The notes: generated by a model not told the origin, from the sequence alone. Shown: positions 24,987 to 36,240, numbered from the stretch's first letter. The stretch is 64,000 nt of DNA from Chiloscyllium plagiosum (GCF_004010195.1 NC_057751.1:4720161-4784160); one strand, 5' to 3'. Program-made: numbers and translations.

Positions 24987-25287
24987 AGATTAGATTACTT
25001 ACAATATGGAAACAGGCCCTTCGGCCCAACAAGTCCACACCGACCCTCCGAAGAGTAACCATCCAGATTCATTTCCCTCTGACTAATGCACCTAACACTA
25101 TGGGTAATTTAACGTCACCAATTCACCTAACCTGCACATCTTTGGACTGTGGGAGGAAACCAGAGCACTCGGAGGAAACCCACACAGACACGGGGAGAAT
25201 GTGCAAACTCCACACAGACAGTCACCCAAGGCGGGTCCCTGATACTGTGAGGCAGCAGTGCTAACCACTGAGCCACTGTGCCACCCC
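24987..25287 (-). mobile_element. HE1 SINE
   Basis: agattagattacttac tail through gcagtgctaaccactgagccactgtgccacc head (reverse complement). Confidence 0.9.
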
Positions 25288-25516
25288 AATAATATCATGC
25301 GCAATATCATGAGCTAAGTCTTCTGGAACAACCAATGTCTTGGTCAGCAGGATTCAACTGCGCTGCATTCTCCTGAGGATGTTGTGTGGACAACCTGAGT
25401 GCCTGTATTCCAGACACAGTGTGCAACTTCATACCTGTGATCAGAAAGTGGCTGGTTTGGGAACAAGGAACCGATTCTAAACAACACGACACTAAACAAG
25501 CTAGGGCAAACTCAGA

Positions 25517-25710
25517 AAAACAAAACACTGTGGATGCTGAAATATAAAACAGAAAACACTGGAGAAACTTGGGAGATCTGGCCACACCTGCAGAGAGAAA
25601 TGGTTCAGAACTGCAGTACAATTGATGAAGTTCCGAATAAGATGCTGTTTCTCTCTCCACAGAGGCTGTTAGAACTGTGGAGTTTCTCCAGGATGATTGC
25701 TAACCTTTTC
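25517..25710. mobile_element. Old palindromic Penelope-like remnant (further pieces at ~26090-26230, ~26360-26460, ~39810-39890)
   Basis: aaaacactgtggatgctgaaat...aacagaaaacactggagaaact versus tttctctctccacagaggctg...gagtttctccag inverted arms. Confidence 0.55.
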
Positions 25711-26859
25711 AGCTCTTATTAGTATAATCAGGACAGACTACAAAGATCAGGAAATGTTCAGACCTCTTAGGGATGCGGACAATGTGACATATCAAAGCTT
25801 TAGAACAGAATCTCTTAGGGAATAGGGATCAAAGAAGTATGTATGAAATCTCCAAGGTGCTGTGTTTTGCTTTATACAGATCCCAGTTTCCAATATTACA
25901 AACTCTCCTATTCCCTTCAGAGGATTCCCAAAGATCTGCAAGGAAGCCAGGTTCAGTGAAAGCAAGGAACTTGCACTCACAGCATCCCTTTTGTTGCAAT
26001 GTCCCAGAACAGGGCTGCAACCACTTCCAACTTGTAAGGTGGGAAATACAGCAGCCATAGGATGCTCCCACAAACAGTAAATCAGTTCAAAGGCAAAATG
26101 CTGCGAATGTTGGAAATGTGAAACAAGCACAGAGAATGCTGGAGAAACTCAGGTCTGACAGCATCTGTGGAGAGAGAGAGAGAATCACACACACATACAA
26201 TTAATCGTTCTTTCCAATGCTTCTTCAGAACTGAAAGGGGTTGGAAAATAGGTTCTTTTTTTATGAGCTGCTTATAGGTTTTGGAGGTTTATTTTCAAAA
26301 CTTTTTCTCGAAAAACATGAACTTATTTGCAATGCCTTTCTGTCCTAAAATCTCATCCAGGATTGGAATCATTCCTGCTGTTTTTCTTCTCCACAGATAC
26401 TGTCAGAGCTGTTGCTGACTTTCTCCAGCAAACGGAGGAGTTCAGATTAACCTGGATTTCTGGAGTCAATGGAGGACTAACTGTTGACCAGGACAGTGAG
26501 AATTGATCGCCCAGTTCTTGGAACCAGTACCATGGGCTCTTCAGCTGACAGGGCCTCAGTTTCACTCCTGGGCCAAGATAATGCTCTCAAATCTGCACAG
26601 CTATCTCTGAGTTGTCAGGCTTCGGAATGGCAGAAGAGGGACTGAGCCACCACTGACACCAGCACCAAATTAAGAGGTTAAAACTGAGACAAAGACCTGA
26701 ATCGATGTCAAATCATTCATGTTGGCTCAACAGCAGCAATGAGTCCAAGAAGAACAGGCACTTGATAGATAAGTGTCCAGACCTCTGCCTCTGCAACAGC
26801 AAGAACATATCTCCATCTTTAATTTAATTTAACCTAGCTCCTGCATCGTTAATATCAAA

Positions 26860-27215
26860 CAGAGGTGTACAGCACAGAAACAGACCCTTCAGTCCAACTC
26901 GTCCATGCCGACCAGATATCCTAAATTAATCTAGTCCCATTTGCCAGCACTTAGCCCATATTCCTCTAAACCCTTCCAAATCATATTCCCATTCAGGTGG
27001 CAGCACTGTGGCTCAGTGGTCAGTCGGTGTGGACTTGTTGGGTTGAAGGGCCTGTTTCCACACTGCAGGGATTCTAATTCTAAAAGAAAACATTGTAATT
27101 GTACCAGCCTCCACTACTTCCTCTGGCAGCTCAATCCATACACACACCACCCTTTGTGTGAAAAAGTTGCCTCTTTGGTCCCTTTTAAATCTTTCCCCCT
27201 CACACTAAAACTATA
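26860..27215 (-). mobile_element. HER1 LINE 3' fragment with a nested, internally deleted HE1 (26996-27081)
   Basis: tacagcacagaaacagacccttcagtccaac tail; interrupted by an HE1 head fused directly to an HE1 tail. Confidence 0.75.
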
Positions 27216-29014
27216 CCTAGACCAATAGCTAAATCATTATCTTTTGCTGTCTTCAGCTTTCAGACTTGTCGTGCATCCGAGTGGGATTTATGCATTTAGA
27301 TCCTTCATGTCTCTTCGAAACAATGCACACAGACACAACCTTTTGGACAGCAGAGAGGAAAGAAGGTCAGACCAATCCTACCCTCTTCTGGGCTCTGCTG
27401 ATGGGTATTGGAGACCTGGAATCACAACACACACAGAGTGCTTCAGAAACTCAGCAAGTCTGATCCTACCTGCTGGACTCGAGTCTCTCTCTCTCTCTCT
27501 CTTTGTGTCAAGCACGTCCCATGAATTTCTTATGGAAACAATCTGCGACAAACATAAAAGCTGCCACCATCCCTACAGATGGGGGAAAGCATGGGGTCTT
27601 TTTTTGGAGCCTGATTTACCCCTGGCCGCGTAGACCAGCATAAGAAATTCACTGGAACTCACTACCACCGGAACTGGTTGAGGCCAAAACTATGTGTGTT
27701 TTCAAGAAGGAGGTAGATATAGCTCTTGTGGCTAAAGGAACCAAGGGATAAGGGGGAGAAAGGCAGGATACGGATATTGAGCTCGATAGTTAGCCCTGAT
27801 CACACTGAATGCTGAATGGCCATCTCCTGCAGCTCTGATGCTGTGTTTGGCACTGAACCTGGTGTCAAGTCGTCCAGCAGTACCGCTATAGAACAATAAG
27901 TGGCAGCATAACATTGCAGATAGTCTGGTGTTTGATCAGGACTGGGCTTTCTCTCTTGTTTTCCTCTCTCTGAGTGTCAGTGGATCCTGCCCCCTGTTCA
28001 GACACTGGGCTGTGGGGGAGCAAAGATGATGGAGCTGACAAACCTCTACAGCAGACAGTGGTCACTAGTTTCTCTTTGATAAATGTGCAGATGGAAAACA
28101 CGTGCAGTACCAACCTCTGAGCTTCTCCTCTGCCCAGACAAACAGCGAGATCAAGCTGAGAAAGTTGTCTGTGGGCCGGAGTGCATCTGATATCACAGGA
28201 GTAATATTCTCTCGTGTACATGGCCCTCAGAAGTACACATAGCACATGCCCTGATTGCCCCTGGTCAGGCTGAGAGAAGGAGGTTTTCTCCCACAGCATG
28301 GACAATGGCTATCACTCCCACCACTGGGCACTTTGCTGTAAAGTCTGTCTGGCTGTGTGGACAGTTCTGGTCTGCCGCAAATTCTCGAAGGGGCCCTTGT
28401 AGGGACAGTGGGCAACAGTTGCTGGGGGAATTGCTGCAAAGAAGGGTCAGTCTCTCTGTCTTCCTGTCCAGAACAATATAATTTCTTCATTCTCCATGTG
28501 TGACTTTTCTCTCTCTCTCTCTCTCTCATCCCTTTGCCCTGTGAATTCCCTCAGTGTCTCTTCCTCCTTCACTGTCACTTCCCTCTCTCTCTTTCCCTCC
28601 CTCACTGTTTGACCACCCTGCCATTTTTTTTTACCTGGCTTACTCTGTCTCCGACCACATCTCTTGGTTTTCTATGTACCTGTGCCTCTCAGTATCCATT
28701 CTCTCAGAGTTTTGTCTCTCTGATTTCCTTTTGCTACTTGCTGGTGTCAGAGTGTTTTTGTGTTTATCAATTTGATTCTGACCCCGGGAATCTCCAAACC
28801 AGCATTTTGTTTTAATCTCCATCAGACAATATTCCTCTTGTATCTGACACTCCAATTTCAACTGCTAGTTAATCTGTCTTTCACTGTCTCTGTTTACCTT
28901 TATCCTGTGTGCACCTCTTACTTCATCCCTCCCTGTGTCTATGCATTATCTGTTGTCCCTCTGCTTGTGTTTCTCTTTATTTCCCTGTTTAGCAAGACCT
29001 CTACTTTCATACTC

Positions 29015-29790
29015 AGAATCACAGAGTCATACAGCATGGAAACAGACCCTTCAGTCCAACCAATCCATGCCAAACATAATCCCAAACTCAACTTGTCCCA
29101 CCTGCCTGCTCCTGGCCCATATCCCTCCAAACCTTTCCTATTCATGTCCTTATCCAAATGTCTTTTAAATGTCGTCACTGTACCACTCATCCACCACTTT
29201 CTGTGGAAGTTTATTCCACGCATCAACCACTCTCTGTGTAAAAAAAATTGCCCCCATGTCTTTTTTAAAACTTTCTCCCCTCACCTTAAAAATACATCTC
29301 GTCTTGAAATCCCCCACCCTTGGAAAAGACCCCCCACCCGCCATTAACTCCATCTATACCTCATTATTTTGTAAATGCCTATAAGGTCACCCCTCAACCT
29401 GCTACACTCCAGTGACAAACATCCCAGCTTACCCAGAANNNNNNNNNNNNNNNNNNNNNNNNNNNNNNNNNNNNNNNNNNATGTCTTTTAAATGGCGTCA
29501 CTGTACCACTCATCCACCACTTTCTGTGGAAGTTTATTCCACGCATCAACCACTCTCTGTGTAAAAAAAATTGCCCCCATGTCTTTTTTAAAACTTTCTC
29601 CCCTCACCTTAAAAATACATCTCGTCTTGAAATCCCCCACCCTTGGAAAAGACCCCCCACCCGCCATTAACTCCATCTATACCTCATTATTTTGTAAATG
29701 CCTATAAGGTCACCCCTCAACCTGCTACACTCCAGTGACAAACATCCCAGCTTACCCAGCCTTTCTTTATAACTCAAACTTTCCATACCC
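29015..29790 (-). mobile_element. HER1 LINE 3' fragment (partly duplicated across gap)
   Basis: ORFs FFTQRVVDAWNKLP and TFKRHLDKDMNRKGLEGYGPGAG. Confidence 0.85.
29439..29480. other. Assembly gap (42 N) flanked by overlapping duplicated sequence
   Basis: 29158-29436 is repeated at 29481-29759 with one visible mismatch. Confidence 0.95.
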
Positions 29791-29922
29791 TTCCCTTTTC
29801 AATCAATACCAACTTTCCATTTGCCCTCACTATGATCTGTTGAACTTCAATATTAGCTTTTTGTGATTTGTGCACACAGACCTCCAAATTCCTCTATGAT
29901 GCAGCTTTCCAATAGTCTTTCC

Positions 29923-30230
29923 CACGGTGGCTTAGTGGTTAGCACTGCTGCCTCACAGCATCAGGGTCCCAAGTTTGAATCCAGCCTCGTGTGAGTGTCT
30001 GTGTGGAGTTTGCCCTTTCTCCCTGTGTCTGCGTGGCTTTCCTCAGGGTACTCTGGTTTCCTCCCACTGTCCAAAGATGTGCAGGTCTGGTGAATTGACC
30101 ATTGTAAATTGCCTGTAGTATTAGGTGCATTAGTCAGAGGGGAATGGTTCTGGGTGGGTTACTCTTCGGAGGGTGTCGGTGTGGACTTGTTGGGCCAAAG
30201 GGCCTGTTTCCACACTCGAGGGAATCTAAT
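29923..30230 (+). mobile_element. HE1 SINE
   Basis: cacggtggcttagtggttagcactgctgcc head through gggcctgtttccacact...gaatctaat tail. Confidence 0.9.
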
Positions 30231-30580
30231 TTCAATAATATTCATTCCTCCATTCTTCCTGCCAGCACATTACCTCATATTTCCCCACATTATATTCCAC
30301 CTACAAAGCTTTTTTTAACCACTCACTAACCTGTCCATATCTGAAATTCATGTCTTATCCTGACTCTCTGTCTTCTAGTAGTTGGCCAATCCCCTGTCCA
30401 TGCCAATGTACTGCCCCATCACAACAGGGTCTCATTTTACAAAGTAGCCTTGTGTGTGGTCACTTATTCAAAGGTTTTTGGAAATCCAAATATATTTCAT
30501 CCACTGTTTCCCCTTTATATACCATGCACTGTGCCTTACCCAAACAATTGGAATACATTTCTATGCATTACACAACAGAT

Positions 30581-30766
30581 GGGAGACAGTGAGGACTGCA
30601 GATGCTGGAGATCAGAGCTGAAAATGTGTTGCTGGAAAAGCGCAGCAGGTCAGGCAGCATCCAAGGAGCAGGAGAATCGATGTTTCGGGCATGAGAAGAA
30701 GGGCTCACGCCCAAAATGTCGATTCTCCTGCTCCTTGGATGCTGCCTGACCTGCTGCGGTTTTCCA
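30581..30766. mobile_element. Palindromic Penelope-like insert with 16-bp TSD
   Basis: GCATTACACAACAGAT at 30565-30580 and 30767-30782; same family as 22667-22872, with the hammerhead core truncated at the palindrome centre. Confidence 0.85.
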
Positions 30767-30770
30767 GCAT

Positions 30771-31192
30771 TACACAACAGATACCCAGGAGTGAGTTAGA
30801 AACTGGATTCTAATTGAGGAGTTCAGTTTGTTTACATTTGGAATAACAGCTACCTGGAAGTGAGTTGTAGGTTGGAATCAAATCATGGTGTTCAGATGAT
30901 TCATACATATAATAGCAGATACCCGGGAGTCAGCTACAGACTGGAATATATTAAAGGCATTCAGGGTGATTTATAGAATAACAGATATCTGGGAGGGAGT
31001 TACAGACTGCGGGGGTTCAGGAGATCTGTATATAGAATAACTCGGGACGGAGTTACAGACTGGAATCTTATCGAGAGGTACCGTTGATTTATATATTGAA
31101 TAACAGATGCCCTGCATTGAGAGAATTTAATCGAGGGGTTTGAGCAGGTTATATATAGAATAAGAGATACCCAGGAGTGAGTTACAGGCTGA
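30771..31192 (+). repeat. Degenerate tandem repeat, ~60-69 bp unit, ~6-7 copies
   Basis: Recurrent tatagaataacagatacccgggagtgagttacagactggaat...aatcgaggggttcag units. Confidence 0.85.
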
Positions 31193-31591
31193 CATCTGTC
31201 CCTGCCTCCTCCAGCCCCTTCTCCCTGCAATACCCTGAAGCATTGGCCCCTTTTTCCGACAGCCCGTCTCTCCCAGGTGCCCTGTATTCCCCGAGGGGAA
31301 CGACAGAAGAGGTGATCACAGCTTCTCTCTCCCTCTGCAGAACTACATGTTGGATAGTTTTCTCCACCTGACTCTCTCTCACACACAGGCACAGCAGCAA
31401 TGCTCAGTGTTCAAGCTGCCAGTCAAAGAGCTGATGCTGGAGTTGCCCAGTGCAGAGAGCAGGATGGATATATGCCAGTGCCTATAGCTGTCTCAGGTGC
31501 AACAGGACAGGGTCCCCCAGCTCCTGTTTAGGGCAGGGCTGGGACTGTACCTGCCTCCCTCCCACCTGATGCCTGCCTCTCATTCTCCTTC

Positions 31592-31598
31592 TATAAAA
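31592..31598 (+). promoter_or_regulatory. TATA box of NKX3-1
   Basis: TATAAAA 116 bp upstream of the ATG at 31708. Confidence 0.6.
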
Positions 31599-31707
31599 AG
31601 CTCACCCATTCCAAACGTGCATCTCCCTCCCTCCCACTTATCCTCGATTTCCAAAACTGAAACCTGTGGAGGTAGTGAGTTTGACAGACAGACACACACA
31701 CACACAC

Positions 31708-31903
31708 ATGGCTTTCACGCCGTTTCGCATCCAGGACATCCTGTCGCTGGAGGAGACTTCGCCAGGCAGCCTTCCTCGAGAGTTGCCAGGGGGGAGGGAG
31801 GAGACAGGACAGAGCAGCGGGTCTGCCTCTGCAGCACAGTTCCAGCCCAGCTCCCAGAACCGCCCGGAGCTGGGAGTCCCAACTCAGCCTCTGGGGAGGA
31901 CAG
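31708..31903 (+). CDS. NKX3-1: NK3 homeobox protein, exon 1 (TN/eh1 motif)
   Basis: MAFTPFRIQDILS matches the TN (eh1) Groucho-binding motif of NK genes; GC/CpG-rich; phase-1 donor ACAG|gtaggt is in frame with exon 2. Confidence 0.85.
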
Positions 31904-32149
31904 GTAGGTGAGGCACGGGGTAAGGGGAGGGGGATAGGGATACTGTGCTCACAGCTCAGGGAGCATCGCTCCTCTACTCTCCCCCCACCCACCAACCAAA
32001 CTCCCCAGCCCCAGCTCCGTCCATAACACGGTGAGGTTTGGTTTTGCCGCTCCCTGGCATCCCTGAGGTTTGTCCCGGAGCCGCTCGGATAGGGTCAGGT
32101 CCCCAGTCCCGCCTCTGTTAAAATGTATTGGTGCGGAGTCCGTGACTGA

Positions 32150-32790
32150 GCCAGGGCTGGGGCTGAGGGGGACCAGAGGGTATAAACTCAGAGTAACGGG
32201 TCTCCCATTTCAGACAGAAAGGAGGAACGTTTGTGTCTTCTCTCTCGAGGGAAGTGAAACAATGAAATTCATTACCGCAGAGAGTTGTAAGGATTGCACT
32301 GTTCAGTATCTCCAAGGCGGAGACAGAGAGTTTTAATCAGTCAGGCTGGAGAAGGATGTTGCCTGGGTTGGAGGGTTTGAGCTGTAGGGAGAGGCTGAAC
32401 AGGCTGGGGCTGTTTTCCCTGGAGAGTCGGAGGCTGAGGGGTCACCTTATAGAGGTTTATAAAATTATGAGGGGCACGGATAGGATAAATAGACCAAGTC
32501 TTTTCCCTGGGGTGGGGGAGTCCAGAACTAGAGGGCATAGAGGGGAAAGTTTTACAAAGGACCTAAGGGGCAACTGAGAGGGTGGTACTTGTATGGAATG
32601 AGCTGCCAGAGGAAGTGGTGGAGTCTGGTACAATTACAGCATTTAAAAGGCATCTGGATGGGTATATGAATAGGAAGGGTTTACAGGGATATGGTCCAAG
32701 GGCTGGCAAATGGGACAGTTTAGTTTGGGAAAGCTGGTCAGCATGGAGGAGTTGGATGAAGGCTCTGTTTCTGGGCTGTGTGACTCTCAG
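32150..32790 (+). mobile_element. Two adjacent HER1/CR1 3' fragments in the NKX3-1 intron
   Basis: ORFs MLPGLEGLSCRERLNRLGLFSLESRRLRGHLIEVYKIMRG and VWNELPEEVVESGTITAFKRHLD. Confidence 0.85.
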
Positions 32791-33868
32791 TCCAGAAGAA
32801 GCAGTAAGAAGGGAGGCAGCTCTGATGACAAGATCTCAGCTGCTGAGATCCTCACCTTCACTGTAACCCTCATGCTGTGGGAGGCAGGATGGTGTGAGGT
32901 TGTTTGCTTCTGTCTGAAAATAAGGGCTGAGCCATTCACAGCAGCCAGCAGGACGGAGAATGGTTCAATCTGATCTCCAAGAGCTGCTGAGCTCTCTCTC
33001 TGCCAAAAAGTGCAGAACGCAGAGGCTCTGGCGAAGACGGAGATGCTGAGGTTCTGGTGACACAAGGGGGCAGGATAGGACTGACTGGCTGAGCAGACCG
33101 CCGGGGGGGGGGGGGTGCTGAATGGCCTCTCCATGCTCCAAGAGGCAATGCTGCCATCTGAGGGGGACGGGCCAAGCTGTGCAGTGTCCATTTGCTCAAG
33201 CTGGGAACCAAGTGGAGCCAGGCTGCACAGTAAGACTGCACTGAATGTGCTGCAGAGTGGGTCATTGTGGCTATGAATCCTGGCACAGGGTGCCAGCCTG
33301 GGACTGAAGTTTGCCATATCCTCAGCCCAGAGCCAGCAGGTCTACATTGACAGAATGGACTCCTTCTGGGCTATGTACCCAATGGTTTGAGAAACTATTG
33401 GGAATATTCCTACCGAAATGCTTCGATTGACAGTGTGTTGTGCAGGGTGGAGCTCCAGCTGCTGGCATCTCCTCTGGAGGAACGTGGGCTCCCTCTGACT
33501 GGGGATGTCATTGTCCCCCTCTCAGACCACACTGAGCCTCTCTTGCTGTTACACCAGTGCATTCCCAGGTGTCCGTGAGATTCTGCACCAAGCCCACACC
33601 ACCCAGTGAGAATATCTCAGCCAAGTTTGACTGCAATCCAGCAGGGGAACACAACATAAACCATGTTCACTCTCCTCACACTACCCCACACTCAAATTGC
33701 AGTACACTAACCTTGTGTTTGGATAGGAACCAGAATGTTCACAATGTGTGTGACTGACCAGCCAAAGGCCAGAGAGGGGCAGGGCTGACACAAGGACGAA
33801 AGACAACTGAGAGGGCACAAACAACCAATACATGTGGATATAAAGGGAGGATCTGAGGTATAGAAGAC

Positions 33869-33980
33869 GTGAGCATGTGGAGATGAGGTACGTGAATGGG
33901 TGAGCGTGTGGAGATGGGGTACGTGAATGGGTGAGTGTGTGGAGATGAGGTACGTGAATGGGTGAGCATGTGGAGATGGG
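33869..33980 (+). repeat. 31-bp minisatellite, 3.6 copies
   Basis: Unit gtgagcatgtggagatgaggtacgtgaatgg starting at 33869, 33900 and 33931, partial at 33962. Confidence 0.95.
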
Positions 33981-34131
33981 ATGTGTGGCTATGATAAGAG
34001 AGGAGCTGCTATCTGGTAATGGGAGGCAGTGAGATGTTGATGCCATTGGATTTCTCTTTTTAAGCCAGCCACATCCTTGACTTTGGGATTTGCGTCAATT
34101 CCTAATGTCTCTGTTTTTATTGGGGCCCCAG

Positions 34132-34535
34132 CAGATTCCACCGAGTTGAGCAGTGCCAGCAGTCAGAGGACCATGGTCACAGCCAGGGCTCGGAGAAGCC
34201 CCAGGAAGAAGCGTTCCCGAGCTGCTTTCTCACATTCCCAGGTTCTCGAATTGGAAAGGAGGTTCGACACTCAGAGGTACCTGTCAGCCCCAGAGAGGGC
34301 CAACCTGGCCACTGCCCTGAAGCTAACAGAAACCCAGGTGAAAATCTGGTTCCAGAACCGCAGGTACAAGACCAAAAGGAAGATGCTGGCTGCCAGGCAG
34401 AACTGTGCTGGAGTGAAGGAGCAGGCAGCATCAATAGAAGGGAGCTCCCAAGTACCTGTCCAATCTCCATACCCATGTTACCACTATTACCCTTATTTCT
34501 ACTGCCTGGCGTCTGTCCCAGCTACAGTCTGCTGA
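34132..34535 (+). CDS. NKX3-1: NK3 homeobox protein, exon 2 (homeodomain 34206-34385)
   Basis: [60 protein letters not shown] (NK3 class, Tyr54); YYPYFYC tail like NKX3-1; no NKX3-2 KKVAVKVLV motif; linked to STC1. Branch-like CTAAT near 34102; acceptor cagCAG. Confidence 0.88.
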
Positions 34536-34688
34536 CCTCCTGATGGCCAAAAGCCTGAAGAGACTCTGCACTTTATTTATTTCATCAGTGGTGGCTGGAA
34601 ACAGTTTTTCAACCTTTGCAGGCAAATGGGTGTAAAAGCCCCCCTTGCCCTGGCCCATGCCACTCACCTCTCTGTTGGTTTCAAGATG

Positions 34689-34694
34689 AATAAA
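34689..34694 (+). terminator. Polyadenylation signal of NKX3-1 (second AATAAA at 34730-34735)
   Basis: AATAAA about 155 nt after the stop, followed by T/GT-rich sequence. Confidence 0.65.
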
Positions 34695-35004
34695 ACTGTA
34701 ATTCAATATTTTCTCTGCTACTTTTATAAAATAAATCAATTTTTTTTTGTAGTCATTCTTGTCCCAGTGTGTTTGATTGTAATGCCTTCAGGCACCCACT
34801 GAAACATCAAGGGCTCTTTAACAATTCTTTCATGGCCTGCAGGGGGGGCTCATCACAGGTCTTGATCAAGACCCAGACCAAGAGCCGTAGTGACTGCACA
34901 GATCGTCACATCCAGGACAGATAGCTGTCTGTCCCCTGTAACCAACGGCGTGATGCTGAACCAGACCAGATCTTGGACAATAATGTGTACAAGACAGCAA
35001 ACTG

Positions 35005-35145
35005 ATTGAATTAAGGGGTTTAGATGGCTCATATATAGAATAACAGATACCTGGGAGGGACTTACAGACTGGAATCTAATGGAGTGGTTCAGATGGTTTA
35101 TATATTGAACAGATTCCTGTGAGTGTTCTGTATATGGAATTTAAA
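35005..35145 (+). repeat. Second array (~2 units) of the ~65-bp tandem repeat
   Basis: tatatagaataacagatacctgggagggacttacagactggaatctaatggagtggttcag matches the unit at 30771-31192. Confidence 0.8.
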
Positions 35146-35919
35146 CTCCTGGTGTGGTTGGTTTTAGTGTACCAGCTGAGTTGAAATTCTTGTGTTAATT
35201 CTATTTCATGGAGTGTTCTTGGGAATTGCAAGTTCCAGACTTCAAATCTGATGATATTCTGTCTGTACCAGCTTGTTGTCTTCTATATCAGGAGCCTGGT
35301 CACTCAGATGAAGCTGCTGAGCATTTCCAATAGAAATTGTGACTTCATTGGAGTAAGGTAGAGAAGTGAGTGGGGGATTCACAAACAGGTGAATAAAAAT
35401 GTGCAGCTCCCAGGTCTACACCCCAGTTATTCACATCACAAAAGACTGATTTCTCAGAAGTCTCAAAGGTGACACCTGAATTCATCAAACAGCTCAAAGG
35501 GCCAAGAGTGGCTCACACAAAATAACTTTGTTTCCCTTAAATATCCCAGGAAGCATCCCATCACACCGACAAATCAGCCAATCCCATCTTCACAAATCAC
35601 AACACTGCTGTTGTGCAGAAGGAGACCATTCAGCCCATCATGTCTGTGGCAGGCACTGAATGAGCATCATCACACAATGCTCTTCTCATCACTTTCCCCA
35701 CCATTTCTGTTTTCATCATTGCCAGTTGCCCTCCAGAATGTTCCACTTTCCCGACAGGGAGTATGTTCAAGACCCACGGACCAAGGTGTGGGCTGAACTA
35801 TGCTGATCTCTCTGGGTGAGCTCATCAAGGTAGTTAACTGAGAAATGTACTGTCACATGGAGGGTCACTGAGGAACAAAAGGGCAGCTCAGGGGACATGG
35901 TGTCGGAGAAGGAGTATAG

Positions 35920-36240
35920 AGGTTGTTTCCCCTTATGGGAGAGTTTAGGACCAGAGGCATCATCTCAGAATAAGGGGGTCACACAGTTAAGACAGAGATG
36001 AGGAGCAACTTCTGGTCTAAGAAGAGAGTGAATCTGTGGAATCCTTTACAACAGTGGGTTGTTGAGGCTGGGTCACTGAGTACATCCAAAGCTGAAAGAG
36101 ATTTTTACTCAGGAAGGGAATCGAGGGTTATGGTGACAGGGCAGGGAAGTGGAGTCGACGATGATCAGATCAGCCACAAGCTGACTGAATGAGGGAGCAA
36201 ACTCCAATGACTGATTTCAGCTCCTCTGTCTTCTAGTCTA
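35920..36240 (+). mobile_element. CR1/HER1-type LINE 3' fragment
   Basis: ggaccagaggcatcatctcagaataagggg...gagatgaggagcaacttc; ORF RVNLWNPLQQWVVEAGSL. Confidence 0.75.

Noticed and set aside
25598..25625. aaatggttcagaactgcagtacaa resembles a decayed WFQNRRYK homeobox (possible NKX2-6 relic)
   Set aside because: Needs two deletions, has no other homeodomain similarity around it, and lies at the centre of a palindromic Penelope-like remnant.
28100..28245. Frame QYQPLSFSSAQ... faintly like PRVLFSQAQ of NK2 homeodomains
   Set aside because: No helix 2 or helix 3 similarity follows; not distinguishable from chance.
28760..29347. 195-aa hydrophobic ORF
   Set aside because: Derived from pyrimidine-rich low-complexity DNA plus an antisense HER1 tail.
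30771..31192. Regularly spaced repeats as a CRISPR-like array
   Set aside because: Vertebrate DNA; whole units are homologous with no unique spacers and no cas genes.
32787..33317. 176-aa antisense ORF in the NKX3-1 intron
   Set aside because: Crosses a G14 run in GC-rich DNA; no recognisable homology.
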